DNA of 64,000 bases from positions 26,649 through 90,648 of the forward strand of contig JAUCBJ010003298.1 in assembly GCA_032718475.1 (NCBI GenBank), read 5' to 3'. This DNA comes from Nemertoderma westbladi (taxonomy: Eukaryota; Animalia; Xenacoelomorpha). The position numbers were made by a program, and so were the translations under genes. The notes under the pieces were generated by a model. The model was not told the DNA's origin and searched no databases. It was given only the letters and a program-made list of their open reading frames with translations. Shown here in pieces: positions 1-13,555 of this stretch. Every line of letters starts with the position of its first letter. Positions within the stretch are counted from its first letter, which is position 1.

Positions 1-3000
1 CGGGCTGCAGAATTACAATCACATGGAATCAAACATTATCTGTAGGTAAGTTTATTCCGGGCTGCAGTACTTACAAGGTTAAGGAAATCACATGGAATCA
101 AACATTATCTGTAGGTAAGTGTATTAAAAGGGCTGCAGTACTTACAAGGTTAAGGAAATCACATGGAATCAAACATTATCTGGAGGTAAGTTTATTCCGG
201 GCTGCAGTACTTCAAGGTTAAGGAAATCACATGGAATCAAACATTATCTGCTTATCTGTAGGTAAGTTTATTCCGGGCTGCAGTACTTACAAGGTTAAGG
301 AAATCACATGGAATCAAACATTATCTGTAGGTAAGTTTATTCCGGGCTGCAGTACTTACAAGGTTAAGGAAATCACATGGAATCAAACATTATCTGTAGG
401 TAAGTTTATTAAAAGGGCTGCAGTACTTACAAGGTTAAGGAAATCACATGGAATCAAACATTATCTGTAGGTAAGTGTATTAAAAGGGCTGCAGTACTTA
501 CAAGGTTAAGGAAATCACATGGAATCAAACATTATCTGTAGGTAAGTTTATTTCGGGCGGCAGTACTTACAAGGTTAAGGAAATCACATGGAATCAAACA
601 TTATCTGTAGGTAAGTTTATTCCAGGCTGCAGTACTTACAAGGTTAAGGAAATCACATGGAATCAAACATTATCTGTAGGTAAGTTTATTCCGGGCTGCA
701 GTACTTACAAGGTTAAGGAAATCACATGGAATCAAACATTATCTGTAGGTAAGTTTATTCCGGGCTGCAGTACTTACAAGGTTAAGGAAATCACATGGAA
801 TCAAACATTATCTGTAGGTCAGTTTATTAAAAGGGCTGCAGTACTTACAAGGTTAAGGAAATCACATGGAATCAAACATTATCTGTTGGTAAGTTTATTC
901 CGGGCAAGGAAATCACATGGAATCAAACATTATCTGTAGGTAAGTTTATTCCGGGCTGCAGAATTACAATCACATGGAATCAAACATTATCTGTAGGTAA
1001 GTTTATTCCGGGCTGCAGTACTTACAAGGTTAAGGAAATCACATGGAATCAAACATTATCTGTTGGTAAGTTTATTCCGGGCTGCAGTACTTACAAGGTT
1101 AAGGAAATCACATGGAATCAAATATTATCTGTAGGTAAGTTTATTCCGGGCTGCAGTACTTACAAGGTTAAGGAAATCACATGGAATCAAACATTATCTG
1201 TTGGTAAGTTTATTCCGGGCTGCAGTACTTACAAGGTTAAGGAAATCACATGGAATCAAACATTATCTGTTGGTAAGTTTATTCCGGGCTGCAGTACTTA
1301 CAAGGTTAAGGAAATCACATGGAATCAAACATTATCTGTTGGTAAGTTTATTCCGGGCTGTAGTACTTACAAGGTTAAGGAAATCACATGGAATCAAACA
1401 TTATCTGTAGGTAAGTTTATTCCGGGCTGCAGAATTACAATCACATGGAATCAAACATTATCTGTAGGTAAGTTTATTCCGGGCTGCAGTACTTACAAGG
1501 TTAAGGAAATCACATGGAATCAAACATTATCTGTAGGTAAGTTTATTCCGGGCTGCAGAATTACAATCACATGGAATCAAACATTATCTGTAGGTAAGTT
1601 TATTCCGGGCTGCAGTACTTACAAGGTTAAGGAAATCACATGGAATCAAACATTATCTGTTGGTAAGTTTATTCCGGGCTGCAGTACTTACAAGGTTAAG
1701 GAAATCACATGGAATCAAACATTATCTGTAGGTAAGTTTATTCCGGGCTGCAGAATTACAATCACATGGAATCAAACATTATCTGTAGGTAAGTTTATTC
1801 CGGGCTGCAGTACTTACAAGTTTAAGGAAATCACATGGAATCAAACATTATCTGTAGGTAAGTTTATTCCGGGCTGCAGTACTTACAAGGTTAAGGAAAT
1901 CACATGGAATCAAACATTATCTGTAGGTAAGTTTATTCCGGGCTGCAGAATTACAATCACATGGAATCAAACATTATCTGTAGGTAAGTTTATTCCGGGC
2001 TGCAGTACTTACAAGGTTAAGGAAATCACATGGAATCAAACATTATCTGTAGGTAAGTTAATTCCGGGCTGCAGTACTTACAAGGTTAAGGAAATCACAT
2101 GGAATCAAACATTATCTGTTGGTAAGTTTATTCCGGGCTGCAGTACTTACAAGGTTAAGGAAATCACATGGAATCAAACATTATCTGTAGGTAAGTTTAT
2201 TCCGGGCTGCAGCATTACAATCACATGGAATCAAACATTATCTGTAGGTAAGTTTATTCCGGGCTGCAGTACTTACAAGGTTAAGGAAATCACATGGAAT
2301 CAAACATTATCTGTAGGTAAGTTTATTCCGGGCTGCAGTACTTACAAGGTTAAGGAAATCACATGGAATCAAACATTATCTGTAGGTAAGTTTATTCCGG
2401 GCTGCAGTACTTACAAGGTTAAGGAAATCACATGGAATCAAACATTATCTGTAGGTAAGTTTATTACGGGCTGCAGTACTTACAAGGTTAAAAGTAAATC
2501 ACATGGAATCAAACATTATCTGTAGGTAAGTTTATTAAAAGGGTTGCAGTACTTACAAGGTTAAGGAAATCACATGGAATCAAACATTATCTGTTGGTAA
2601 GTTTATTCCGGGCTGCAGTACTTACAAGGTTAAGGAAATCACATGGAATCAAACATTATCTGTAGGTAAGTTTATTCCGGGCTGCAGTACTTACAAGGTT
2701 AAGGAAATCACATGGAATCAAACATTATCTGTAGGTAAGTTTATTCCGGGCTGTAGTACTTACAAGGTTAAGTAAATCACATGGAATCAAACATTATCTG
2801 TAGGTAAGTTTATTAAAAGGGTTGCAGTACTTACAAGGTTAAGGAAATCACATGGAATCAAACATTATCTGTAGGTAAGTTTATTAAAAGGGTTGCAGTA
2901 CTTACAAGGTTAAGGAAATCACATGGAATCAAACATTATCTGTAGGTAAGTTTATTCCGGGCTGTAGTACTTACAAGGTTAAGTAAATCACATGGAATCA

Positions 3001-6000
3001 AACATTATCTGTAGGTAAGTTTATTAAAAGGGTTGCAGTACTTACAAGGTTAAGGAAATCACATGGAATCAAACATTATCTGTTGGTAAGTTTATTCCGG
3101 GCTGCAGTACTTACAAGGTTAAGGAAATCACATGGAATCAAACATTATCTGTAGGTAGTTTATTCCGGGCTGCAGAATTACAATCACATGGAATCAAACA
3201 TTATCTGTAGGTAAGTTTATTCCGGGCTGCAGTACTTACAAGGTTAAGGAAATCACATGGAATCAAACATTATCTGTAGGTAAGTTTATTCCGGGCTGCA
3301 GAATTACAATCACATGGAATCAAACATTATCTGTAGGTAAGTTTATTCCGGGCTGCAGTACTTACAAGGTTAAGGAAATCACATGGAATCAAACATTATC
3401 TGTAGGTAAGTTTATTCCGGGCTGCAGTACTTACAAGGTTAAGGAAATCACATGGAATCAAACATTATCTGTTGGTAAGTTTATTCCGGGCTGCAGTACT
3501 TACAAGGTTAAGGAAATCACATGGAATCAAACATTATCTGTTGGTAAGTTTATTCCGGGCTGCATTTCTTACAAGGTTAAGGAAATCACATGGAATCAAA
3601 CATTATCTGTAGGTAAGTTTATTCCGGGCTGCAGTACTTACAAGGTTAAGGAAATCACATGGAATCAAACATTATCTGTAGGTAAGTTTATTCCGGGCTG
3701 CACTACTTACAAGGTTAAGGAAATCACATGGAATCAAACATTATCTGTAGGTAAGTTTATTCCGGGCTGCAGATTTACAATCACATGGAATCAAACATTA
3801 TCTGTAGGTAAGTTTATTCCGGGCTGCAGTACTTACAAGGTTAAGGAAATCACATGGAATCAAACATTATCTGTAGGTAAGTTAATTCCGGGCTGTAGTA
3901 CTTACAAGGTTAAGGAAATCACATGGAATCAAACATTATCCGTTGGTAAGTTTATTAAAAGGGCTGCAGTACTTACAAGGTTAAGGAAATCACATGGAAT
4001 CAAACATTATCTGTAGGTAAGTTAATTCCGGGCTGCCGTACTTACAAGGTTAAGGAAATCACATGGAATCAAACATTATCCGTTCGTAAGTTTATTCCGG
4101 GCTGCAGTACTTACAAGGTTAAGGAAATCACATGGAATCAAACATTATCTGTAGGTAAGTTAATTCCGGGCTGCCGTACTTACAAGGTTAAGGAAATCAC
4201 ATGGAATCAAACATTATCTGTAGGTAAGTTTATTCCGGGCTGCAGTACTTACAAGGTTAAGGAAATCACATGGAATCAAACATTACCTGTAGGTAAGTTT
4301 ATTCCGGGCTGCAGTACTGACAAGGTTAAGGAAATCACATGGAATCAAACATTATCTGTAGGTAAGTTTATTCCGGGCTGCAGTACTTACAAGGTTAAGG
4401 AAATCACATGGAATCAAACATTATCTGTAGGTAAGTTAATTCCGGGCTGCAGTACTTACAAGGTTAAGGAAATCACATGGAATCAAACATTATCTGTAGG
4501 TAAGTTTATTCCGGGCTGCAGTACTTACAAGGTTAAGGAAATCACATGGAATCAAACATTATCTGTAGGTAAGTTTATTCCGGGCTGCAGTACTTACAAG
4601 GTTAAGGAAATCACATGGAATCAAACATTATCTGTAGGTAAGTTTATCCCGGGCTGCAGTACTTACAAGGTTAAGGAAATCACATGGAATCAAACATTAT
4701 CTGTAGGTAAGTTTATTCCGGGCTGCAGTACTTACAAGGTTAAGGAAATCACATGGAATCAAACATTATCTGTAGGTAAGTTTATTCCGGGCTGCAGTAC
4801 TTACAAGGTTAAGGAAATCACATGGAATCAAACATTATCTGTAGGTAAGTTAATTCCGGGCTGCAGTACTTACAAGGTTAAGGAAATCACATGGAATCAA
4901 ACATTATCTGTAGGTAAGTTTATTCCGGGCTGCAGTACTTACAAGGTTAAGGAAATCACATGGAATCAAACATTATCTGTAGGTAAGTTTATTCCGGGCT
5001 GCAGTACTTACAAGGTTAAGGAAATCACATGGAATCAAACATTATCTGTAGGTAAGTTAATTCCGGGCTGTAGTACTTACAAGGTTAAGGAAATCACATG
5101 GAATCAAACATTATCCGTTGGTAAGTTTATTAAAAGGGCTGCAGTACTTACAAGGTTAAGGAAATCACATGGAATCAAACATTATCTGTAGGTAAGTTAA
5201 TTCCGGGCTGCCGTACTTACAAGGTTAAGGAAATCACATGGAATCAAACATTATCCGTTGGTAAGTTTATTCCGGGCTGCAGTACTTACAAGGTTAAGGA
5301 AATCACATGGAATCAAACATTATCTGTAGGTAAGTTAATTCCGGGCTGCCGTACTTACAAGGTTAAGGAAATCTCATGGAATCAAACATTATCTGTAGGT
5401 AAGTTTATTCCGGGCTGCAGTACTTACAAGGTTAAGGAAATCACATGGAATCAAACATTATCTGTAGGTAAGTTTATTCCGGGCTGCAGTACTTACAAGG
5501 TTAAGGAAATCACATGGAATCAAACATTATCTGTAGGTAAGTTTATTCCGGGCTGCAGTACTTACAAGGTTAAGGAAATCACATGGAATCAAACATTATC
5601 TGTAGGTAAGTTTATTCCGGGCTGCAGTACTTACAAGGTTAAGGAAATCACATGGAATCAAACATTATCTGTAGGTAAGTTAATTCCGGGCTGCAGTACT
5701 TACAAGGTTAAGGAAATCACATGGAATCAAACATTATCTGTAGGTAAGTTTATTCCGGGCTGCAGTACTTACAAGGTTAAGGAAATCACATGGAATCAAA
5801 CATTATCTGTAGGTAAGTTAATTCCGGGCTGCAGTACTTACAAGGTTAAGGAAATCACATGGAATCAAACATTATCTGTAGGTAAGTTTATTCCGGGCTG
5901 CAGTACTTACAAGGTTAAGGAAATCACATGGAATCAAACATTATCTGTAGGTAAGTTTATTCCGGGCTGCAGTACTTACAAGGTTAAGGAAATCACATGG

Positions 6001-7782
6001 AATCAAACATTATCTGTAGGTAAGTTAATTCCGGGCTGTAGTACTTACAAGGTTAAGGAAATCACATGGAATCAAACATTATCCGTTGGTAAGTTTATTA
6101 AAAGGGCTGCAGTACTTACAAGGTTAAGGAAATCACATGGAATCAAACATTATCTGTAGGTAAGTTAATTCCGGGCTGCCGTACTTACAAGGTTAAGGAA
6201 ATCACATGGAATCAAACATTATCCGTTGGTAAGTTTATTCCGGGCTGCAGTACTTACAAGGTTAAGGAAATCACATGGAATCAAACATTATCTGTAGGTA
6301 AGTTAATTCCGGGCTGCCGTACTTACAAGGTTAAGGAAATCTCATGGAATCAAACATTATCTGTAGGTAAGTTTATTCCGGGCTGCAGTACTTACAAGGT
6401 TAAGGAAATCACATGGAATCAAACATTATCTGTAGGTAAGTTTATTCCGGGCTGCAGTACTTACAAGGTTAAGGAAATCACATGGAATCAAACATTATCT
6501 GTAGGTAAGTTTATTCCGGGCTGCAGTACTTACAAGGTTAAGGAAATCACATGGAATCAAACATTATCTGTAGGTAAGTTTATTCCGGGCTGCAGTACTT
6601 ACAAGGTTAAGGAAATCACATGGAATCAAACATTATCTGTAGGTAAGTTAATTCCGGGCTGCAGTACTTACAAGGTTAAGGAAATCACATGGAATCAAAC
6701 ATTATCTGTAGGTAAGTTTATTCCGGGCTGCAGTACTTACAAGGTTAAGGAAATCACATGGAATCAAACATTATCTGTAGGTAAGTTTATTCCGGGCTGC
6801 AGTACTTACAAGGTTAAGGAAATCACATGGAATCAAACATTATCTGTACCTAGGTAAGTTTATTCCGGGCTGCAGTACTTACAAGGTTAAGGAAATCACA
6901 TGGAATCAAACATTATCTGTAGGTAAGTTTATTCCGGGCTGCAGTACTTACAAGGTTAAGGAAATCACATGGAATCAAACATTATCTGTAGGTAAGTTTA
7001 TTCCGGGCTGCAGTACTTACAAGGTTAAGGAAATCACATAGAATCAAACATTATCTGTAGGTAAGTTTATTAAAAGGGCTGCAGTACTTACAAGGTTAAG
7101 GAAATCACATGGAATCAAACATTATCTGTAGGTAAGTTTATTCCGGGCTGCAGTACTTACAAGGTTAAGGAAATCACATGGAATCAAACATTATCTGTAG
7201 GTAAGTTTATTAAAAGGGCTGCAGTACTTACAAGGTTAAGGAAATCACATGGAATCAAACATTATCTGTAGGTAAGTTTATTCCGGGCTGCAGTACTTAC
7301 AAGGTTAAGGAAATCACATGGAATCAAACATTATCTGTAGGTAAGTTTATTAAAAGGGCTGCAGTACTTACAAGGTTAAGGAAATCACATGGAATCAAAC
7401 ATTATCTGTAGGTAAGTTTATTCCGGGCTGCAGTACTTACAAGGTTAAGGAAATCACATGGAATCAAACATTATCTGTAGGTAAGTTTATTCCGGGCTGC
7501 AGTACTTACAAGGTTAAGGAAATCACATGGAATCAAACATTATCTGTTGGTAAGTTTATTCCGGGCTGCAGTACTTACAAGGTTAAGGAAATCACATGGA
7601 ATCAAACATTATCTGTAGGTAAGTTTATTCCGGGCTGCAGTACTTCAAGGTTAAGGAAATCACATGGAATCAAAAATTATCTGTAGGTAAGTTTATTCTG
7701 GGCTGCAGTACTTCAAGGTTAAGGAAATCACATGGAATCAGACATTATCTGTTGGTAAGTTTATTCCGGGCTGCCGTACTTG
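1..7782. repeat. 69-bp tandem array (about 110 copies in view, runs off the left edge), intronic to NEK6/7
   Basis: Unit GTAGGTAAGTTTATTCCGGGCTGCAGTACTTACAAGGTTAAGGAAATCACATGGAATCAAACATTATCT recurs with 69-bp period (e.g. 607, 676); shorter variants (…GCAGAATTACAATCAC…) occur; ends about 60 bp before the NEK6/7 acceptor. Confidence 0.97.
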
Positions 7783-7840
7783 CGCCCTTAAAAACGTGAA
7801 ATCCCCGTCTCTTCCTCTATAGGCCTAATTTATTACGCAG

Positions 7841-8366
7841 GGACATTAAACCAGCAAACGTGTTCATCACTGCAACCGGAGTAGTTAAACTGGGCGACCT
7901 GGGTTTGGGTAGATTCTTCTCGTCCAAGACACACAACGCCCATTCATTGGTCGGAACTCCGTACTACATGTCGCCGGAGCGCATACACGAGAACGGATAT
8001 AACTTCAAGAGTGACATCTGGAGTCTGGGTTGTCTGTTGTACGAAATGGCGGCCCTCCAGAGTCCCTTCTACGGGGAGAAAATGAACTTATACAGTCTCT
8101 GCAAGAAGATTGAGTTGGGTCAGTACCCTCCGCTGCCTGGTATCTATTACTCCCAACAACTGCGAGATCTCGTCGACATGTGTGTGACGTCATCCCCGGA
8201 ACACCGGCCGGATGTGACGTACGTGCACGGAGTAGCGCAGCAGATGCACGCCGCCTTCGCTACGCAACCCAACCCGCGGTCGCCATCCGAGCCGTGTGTC
8301 TCCCCGGAGGTGCCCCTAGAACCCGCCCAGAGCCAGTCTGACCAACCACAGGCCGTGTCCAACTAG
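7841..8366 (+). CDS. NEK7: NIMA-related kinase NEK6/NEK7, terminal coding exon (kinase subdomains VIb-XI)
   Basis: Acceptor TTACGCAG|G then [30 protein letters not shown]…[45 protein letters not shown], which is the NEK6/7 signature (DLG instead of DFG). Phase-2 intron splits the HRD Arg codon. Stop TAG at 8364-8366. NEK6 versus NEK7 cannot be resolved. Confidence 0.95.
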
Positions 8367-8822
8367 CCAATCAGAGGCCGTCTCACTGCAGTTTCAGACT
8401 ACTGTTGTACACAGATGAATGTTCCTTCTATATTGGTTTTGTAAGTGTACTTAATTGCCGGCGTAGTAACTTTTGTGCTTATTAGATTGGTTTACACGTT
8501 TTCACGTCACTTCCTTGTTTTATTTACCACCGACATTTCGTCTCAAATAGTAACAAAGCTAATCATTGTATTATTACATAGCTGACATCTTTTGTATATC
8601 GCGTACTTTTTGTTTGTATCTGAGTAGAATGTTTTAGTTTTGCGCATATTGGTTTTCGTATAATTTCCATCGAGTTTTTGCGTTTTTCAGTCGAATATTT
8701 CGCAGAGTGGTGCTTTTATGAAGGTTCCGTTATGTAAGTTGGTTGTTTATAACAACATTCGTGCCGATATTTTATTGGAGTTTCTTAAAAGGTGCTGATT
8801 GAGTTTCTATATGTACTTATTG

Positions 8823-11800
8823 CTGGGTGCTACGATGCTACCTTAGGGGTTACGGATTGATGGGAGTTACCAGGGCTGAGTATACCTTTAATGGGTTACG
8901 GATTGGTGGATGCTACCAGGGCTGGTGTACCGTTAATGGGTTACGGATTGATGGATGCTACCAGGACTGGTGTACCGTTAATGGGTTACGGATTGGTGGA
9001 TGCTACCAGGACTGGTGTACCGTTAATGGGTTACGGATTGGTGGATGCTACCAGGGCTGGTGTACCGTTAATGGGTTACGGATTGGTGGATGCTACCAGG
9101 ACTGGTGTACCGTTAATGGGTTACGGATGCTGGGTGCTACCAGGACTGAGTGTACCGTTAATGGGTTACGGATTGCTGGGTGCTACCAGGGCTGTGTGTA
9201 CCGTTAATGGGTTACGGATTGGTGGATGCTACCAGGACTGGTGTACCGTTAATGGGTTACGGATTGCTGGGTGCTACCAGGACTGGTGTACCGTTAATGG
9301 GTTACGGATTGATGGATGCTACCAGGACTGGTGTACCGTTAATGGGTTACGGATTGGTGGATGCTACCAGGACTGGTGTACCGTTAATGGGTTACGGATG
9401 CTGGGTGCTACCAGGACTGAGTGTACCGTTAATGGGTTACGGATTGCTGGGTGCTACCAGGGCTGTGTGTACCGTTAATGGGTTACGGATTGATGGGTGC
9501 TACCTTGGCTGGATGTACCGTTAATGGGTTACGGATTGCTGGGTGCTACCAGGACTGAGTGTACCGTTAATGGGTGCCGGATTGATGGGTTCTACCAGGG
9601 CTGGTGTACCGTTAATGGGTTACGGATTGGTGGGTGCTACCTGGTGTACCGTTAATGGTTACGGATTGCTGGGTGCTACCTGGTGTACCGTTAATGGGTT
9701 ACGGATTGGTGGATGCTACCAGGACTGGTGTACCGTTAATGGTTACGGATTGCTGGGTGCTACCTGGTGTACCGTTAATGTTTACGGATTGCTGGGTGCT
9801 ACCTGGTGTACCGTTAATGGTTACGGATTGCTGGGTGCTACCTGGTGTACCGTTAATGGGTTACGGATTGCTGGGTGCTACCTGGTGTACCGTTAATGGG
9901 TTACGGATTGCTGGGTGCTACCAGGGCTGGTGTACCGTTAATGGGTTACGGATTGGTGGATGCTACCTGGGCTGGATGTACCGTTAATGGGTTACGGATT
10001 GGTGGATGCTACCAGGACTGGTGTACCGTTAATGGGTTACGGATTGCTGGGTGCTACCTGGTGTACCGTTAATGGTTACGGATTGCTGGGTGCTACCTGG
10101 TGTACCGTTAATGGGTTACGGATTGCTGGGTGCTACCAGGACTGAGTGTACCGTTAATGGGTTCCGGATTGATGGGTTCTACCAGGACTGGTGTATCGTT
10201 AATGGGTTACGGATTGCTGGGTGCTAACAGGGCTGGTGTACCGTTAATGGGTTACGAAATGCTGGGTGCTACCTGGTGTACCGTTAATGGGTTACGGATT
10301 GCTGGGTGCTACCAGGACTGGTGTACCGTTAATGGGTTACGAATTGCTGGGTGCTACCTGGTGTACCGTTAATGGTTACGGATTCCTGGGTGCTACCTGG
10401 TGTACCGTTAATGGTTACGGATTGCTGGGTGCTACCTGGTGTACCGTTAATGGGTTACGGATTGCTGGGTGCTACCAGGGCTGGTGTACCGTTAATGGGT
10501 TACGGATTGGTGGATGCTACCTGGGCTGGATGTACCGTTAATGGGTTACGGATTGGTGGATGCTACCAGGACTGGTGTACCGTTAATGGGTTACGGATTG
10601 CTGGGTGCTACCTGGTGTACCGTTAATGGTTACGGATTGCTGGGTGCTACCTGGTGTACCGTTAATGGGTTACGGATTGCTGGGTGCTACCAGGGCTGAG
10701 TGTACCGTTAATGGGTTACGGATTGGTGGATGCTACCAGGACTGAGTGTACCGTTAATGGGTTACGGATTGTTGGGTGCCACCAGGACTGAGTGTACCGT
10801 TAATGGGTTACGGATTGGTGGGTGCTACCTGGTGTACCGTTAATGGGTTACGGATTGGTGGATGCTACCAGGACTGGTGTACCGTTAATGGGTTACGGAT
10901 TGCTGGGTGCTACCAGGACTGTGTGTACCGTTAATGGGTTACGGATTGGTGGGTGCTACCAGGACTGGTGTATCGTTAATGGGTTACGGATTTGTGGATG
11001 CTACCAGGACTGGTGTACCGTTAATGGGTTACGGATTGGTGGATGCTACCAGGACTGAGTGTACCGTTAATGGGTTACGGATTGCTGGGTGCTACCAGGA
11101 CTGAGTGTACCGTTAATGGGTTACGGATTGCTGGGTGCTACCAGGACTGAGTGTACCGTTAATGGGTTACGGATTGGTGGGTGCTACCAGGACTGGTGTA
11201 TCGTTAATGGGTTACGGATTGCTGGGTGCTACCAGGGCTGTGTGTACCGTTAATGGGTTACGGATTGCTGGGTGCTACCAGGACTGAGTGTACCGTTAAT
11301 GGGTTACGGATTGCTGGGTGCTACCAGGGCTGTGTGTACCGTTAATGGGTTACGGATTGGTGGGTGCTACCAGGACTGGTGTACCGTTAATGGGTTACGG
11401 ATTGGTGGGTGCTACCAGGACTGGTGTACCGTTAATGGGTTACGGATTGCTGGGTGCTACCTGGTGTACCGTTAATGGGTTACGGATTGCTGGGTGCTAC
11501 CTGGTGTACCGTTAATGGGTTACGGATTGGTGGATGCTACCAGGACTGGTGTACCGTTAATGGGTTACGGATTGCTGGGTGCTACCAGGGCTGTGTGTAC
11601 CGTTAATGGGTTTCGGATTGCTGGGTGCTACCAGGACTGGTGTACCGTTAATGGGTTACGGATTGGTGGGTGCTACCAGGACTGGTGTACCATTAATGGG
11701 TTTCGGATTGCTGGGTGCTACCAGGACTGGTGTACCGTTAATGGGTTACGGATTGATGGGTGCTACCAGGGCTAGTGTACCGTTAATGGGTTACGGATTG

Positions 11801-12107
11801 GTGGATGCTACCAGGACTGGTGTACCGTTAATGGGTTTTGGATTGCTGGGTGCTACCAGGGCTGTGTGTACCGTTAATGGGTTTCGAATTGCTGGGTGCT
11901 ACCAGGACTGGTGTACCGTTAATGGGTTTCGGATTGCTGGGTGCTACCAGGACTGGTGTACCGTTAATGGGTTACGGATTGATGGGTGCTACCTGGGCTG
12001 GATGTACCGTTAATGGGTTACGGATTGGTGGATGCTACCAGGGCTGGTGTACCGTTAATGGGTTCCGGATTGATGGGTGCTACCAGGGCTGCTACCATTG
12101 CTACCTG
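8823..12107. repeat. 45-bp minisatellite (37-46-bp variants, about 75 copies)
   Basis: Unit GTGTACCGTTAATGGGTTACGGATTGCTGGGTGCTACCAGGACTG, with frequent shorter variants lacking AGGACT; starts about 450 bp after the NEK6/7 stop. Confidence 0.96.
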
Positions 12108-13174
12108 GTTTACATTTACATTGGCTTACATTGGCAGTAAGTCGTGTCTATACATTAGATAATATTACATTTATTTATATCAATATATTTTTTTCAATTA
12201 TACGATATTTTTGCTGTGTATTTATGCTTTTCCATGCATTTACTGGCTGCATTTTCCTACTCTAGTTGTTTTTATAAATATTATTATATTATTTGGTTAG
12301 ATTCACGCAGATTTCTATTGTTCAGTTATTCTACATCTTAAGAACTTATTACAGGTTCATTATATTAAATAATTTTAATATTTTAGTAAATTTAACAAAA
12401 CAAATTCAAACTCGCCTGCATCGAGTTTGCATAACGCATTTGATGTGTAACAAGTTTTCCTGCAGAATGGGGTTAGTTAGATAAAAGATAATGTTAAAGA
12501 TCTTCATATTATAGACCATAAAAATAATATGGAATATTTATTGGATTGCTTATTAAATTAATTGTTTCGGATTGAATTCTTCGGAGGCCCTTTTCGGCTG
12601 GCCTCGGCTATATTGGTTCACAAAATATCTGCAATTACACCAAAATTCAAATTTATTGAAAGTTTATTTTAATTTAATAAAAATTGATTCAATTGAACTT
12701 ATATATATACGATGGATAAGCATTGTTGTTCCATTAAGGGGGGTAGCACCCTCCTATTTTGGGGTGCTACCCCCCCCCCCCCCCCCCCCCCCTTTAATAT
12801 ATTTATTTAAAATGTCTCCATATAAAGATCTATATTAAAATGTAATTGTATTGTATTCTATATTATTGTATTGTAATTAGTGTTGCATTAGTTAATAATT
12901 TAATGTAATGTTAAACAATTCCGTGTCTTTCTTTCAGTTGTAGGTAATGGTGCTTTATGTATTTATTTTTGAGTTTACTCCATTGCTATAATATAGCGCT
13001 CTGTTTCTTAAAAATAATTAATTACTTTACTGTCTAAGTGAGTAGGTTTATATTATTATTAATACTTAATTTATTTAATTGCAATATAGTTTGATTATTT
13101 TTGCTTTATATATATTTGTTTGTATCTAAGTAGCGGCGTGTTTGTTTGCATTCATGAATGTCATAGAAACAGAT

Positions 13175-13555
13175 TAAGCTAAAAGTAATAAGTAAACAAA
13201 CAAGAGTCTTACACCCCATAACTACAAAAAAAGGTAGAATCAGGACATTTCGCCTAAATTACTTCTCGGCCCCTAGGGCCATCAAAGAATACATACAAAA
13301 CAAACACAAACAAAAACAAATATAATGACATGGTCAACATACATTATATTTGTTTTTGTTTGTGTTTGTTTTGTACGTATTCTTTGATGGCCCTACTAGG
13401 GGCCGAGAAGTAAGTTGGGCTAAATGTCCTGATTCTATATTATTAGATATTATATTATTAGATTATGGGGTGTAAGACTCTTGTTTGTTTACTTTTTACT
13501 TAATATATACATAACAACCCCCTGTTAGTCAGTATGTCGTTACATTCAATTATCA
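13175..13555. mobile_element. Long hairpin (foldback) insertion flanked by a 14-bp direct repeat
   Basis: Arms of about 150 bp are reverse complements (e.g. GTAAACAAACAAGAGTCTTACACCCCATAA vs TTATGGGGTGTAAGACTCTTGTTTGTTTAC), centred near 13335; TCATAGAAACAGAT occurs at 13161-13174 and 13556-13569. Confidence 0.75.

Noticed and set aside
8823-12107. Cys/Gly-rich repeat proteins or telomere-like GGGTTA
   Set aside because: Frames shift constantly with unit length, and GGGTTA occurs once per unit, not in tandem.
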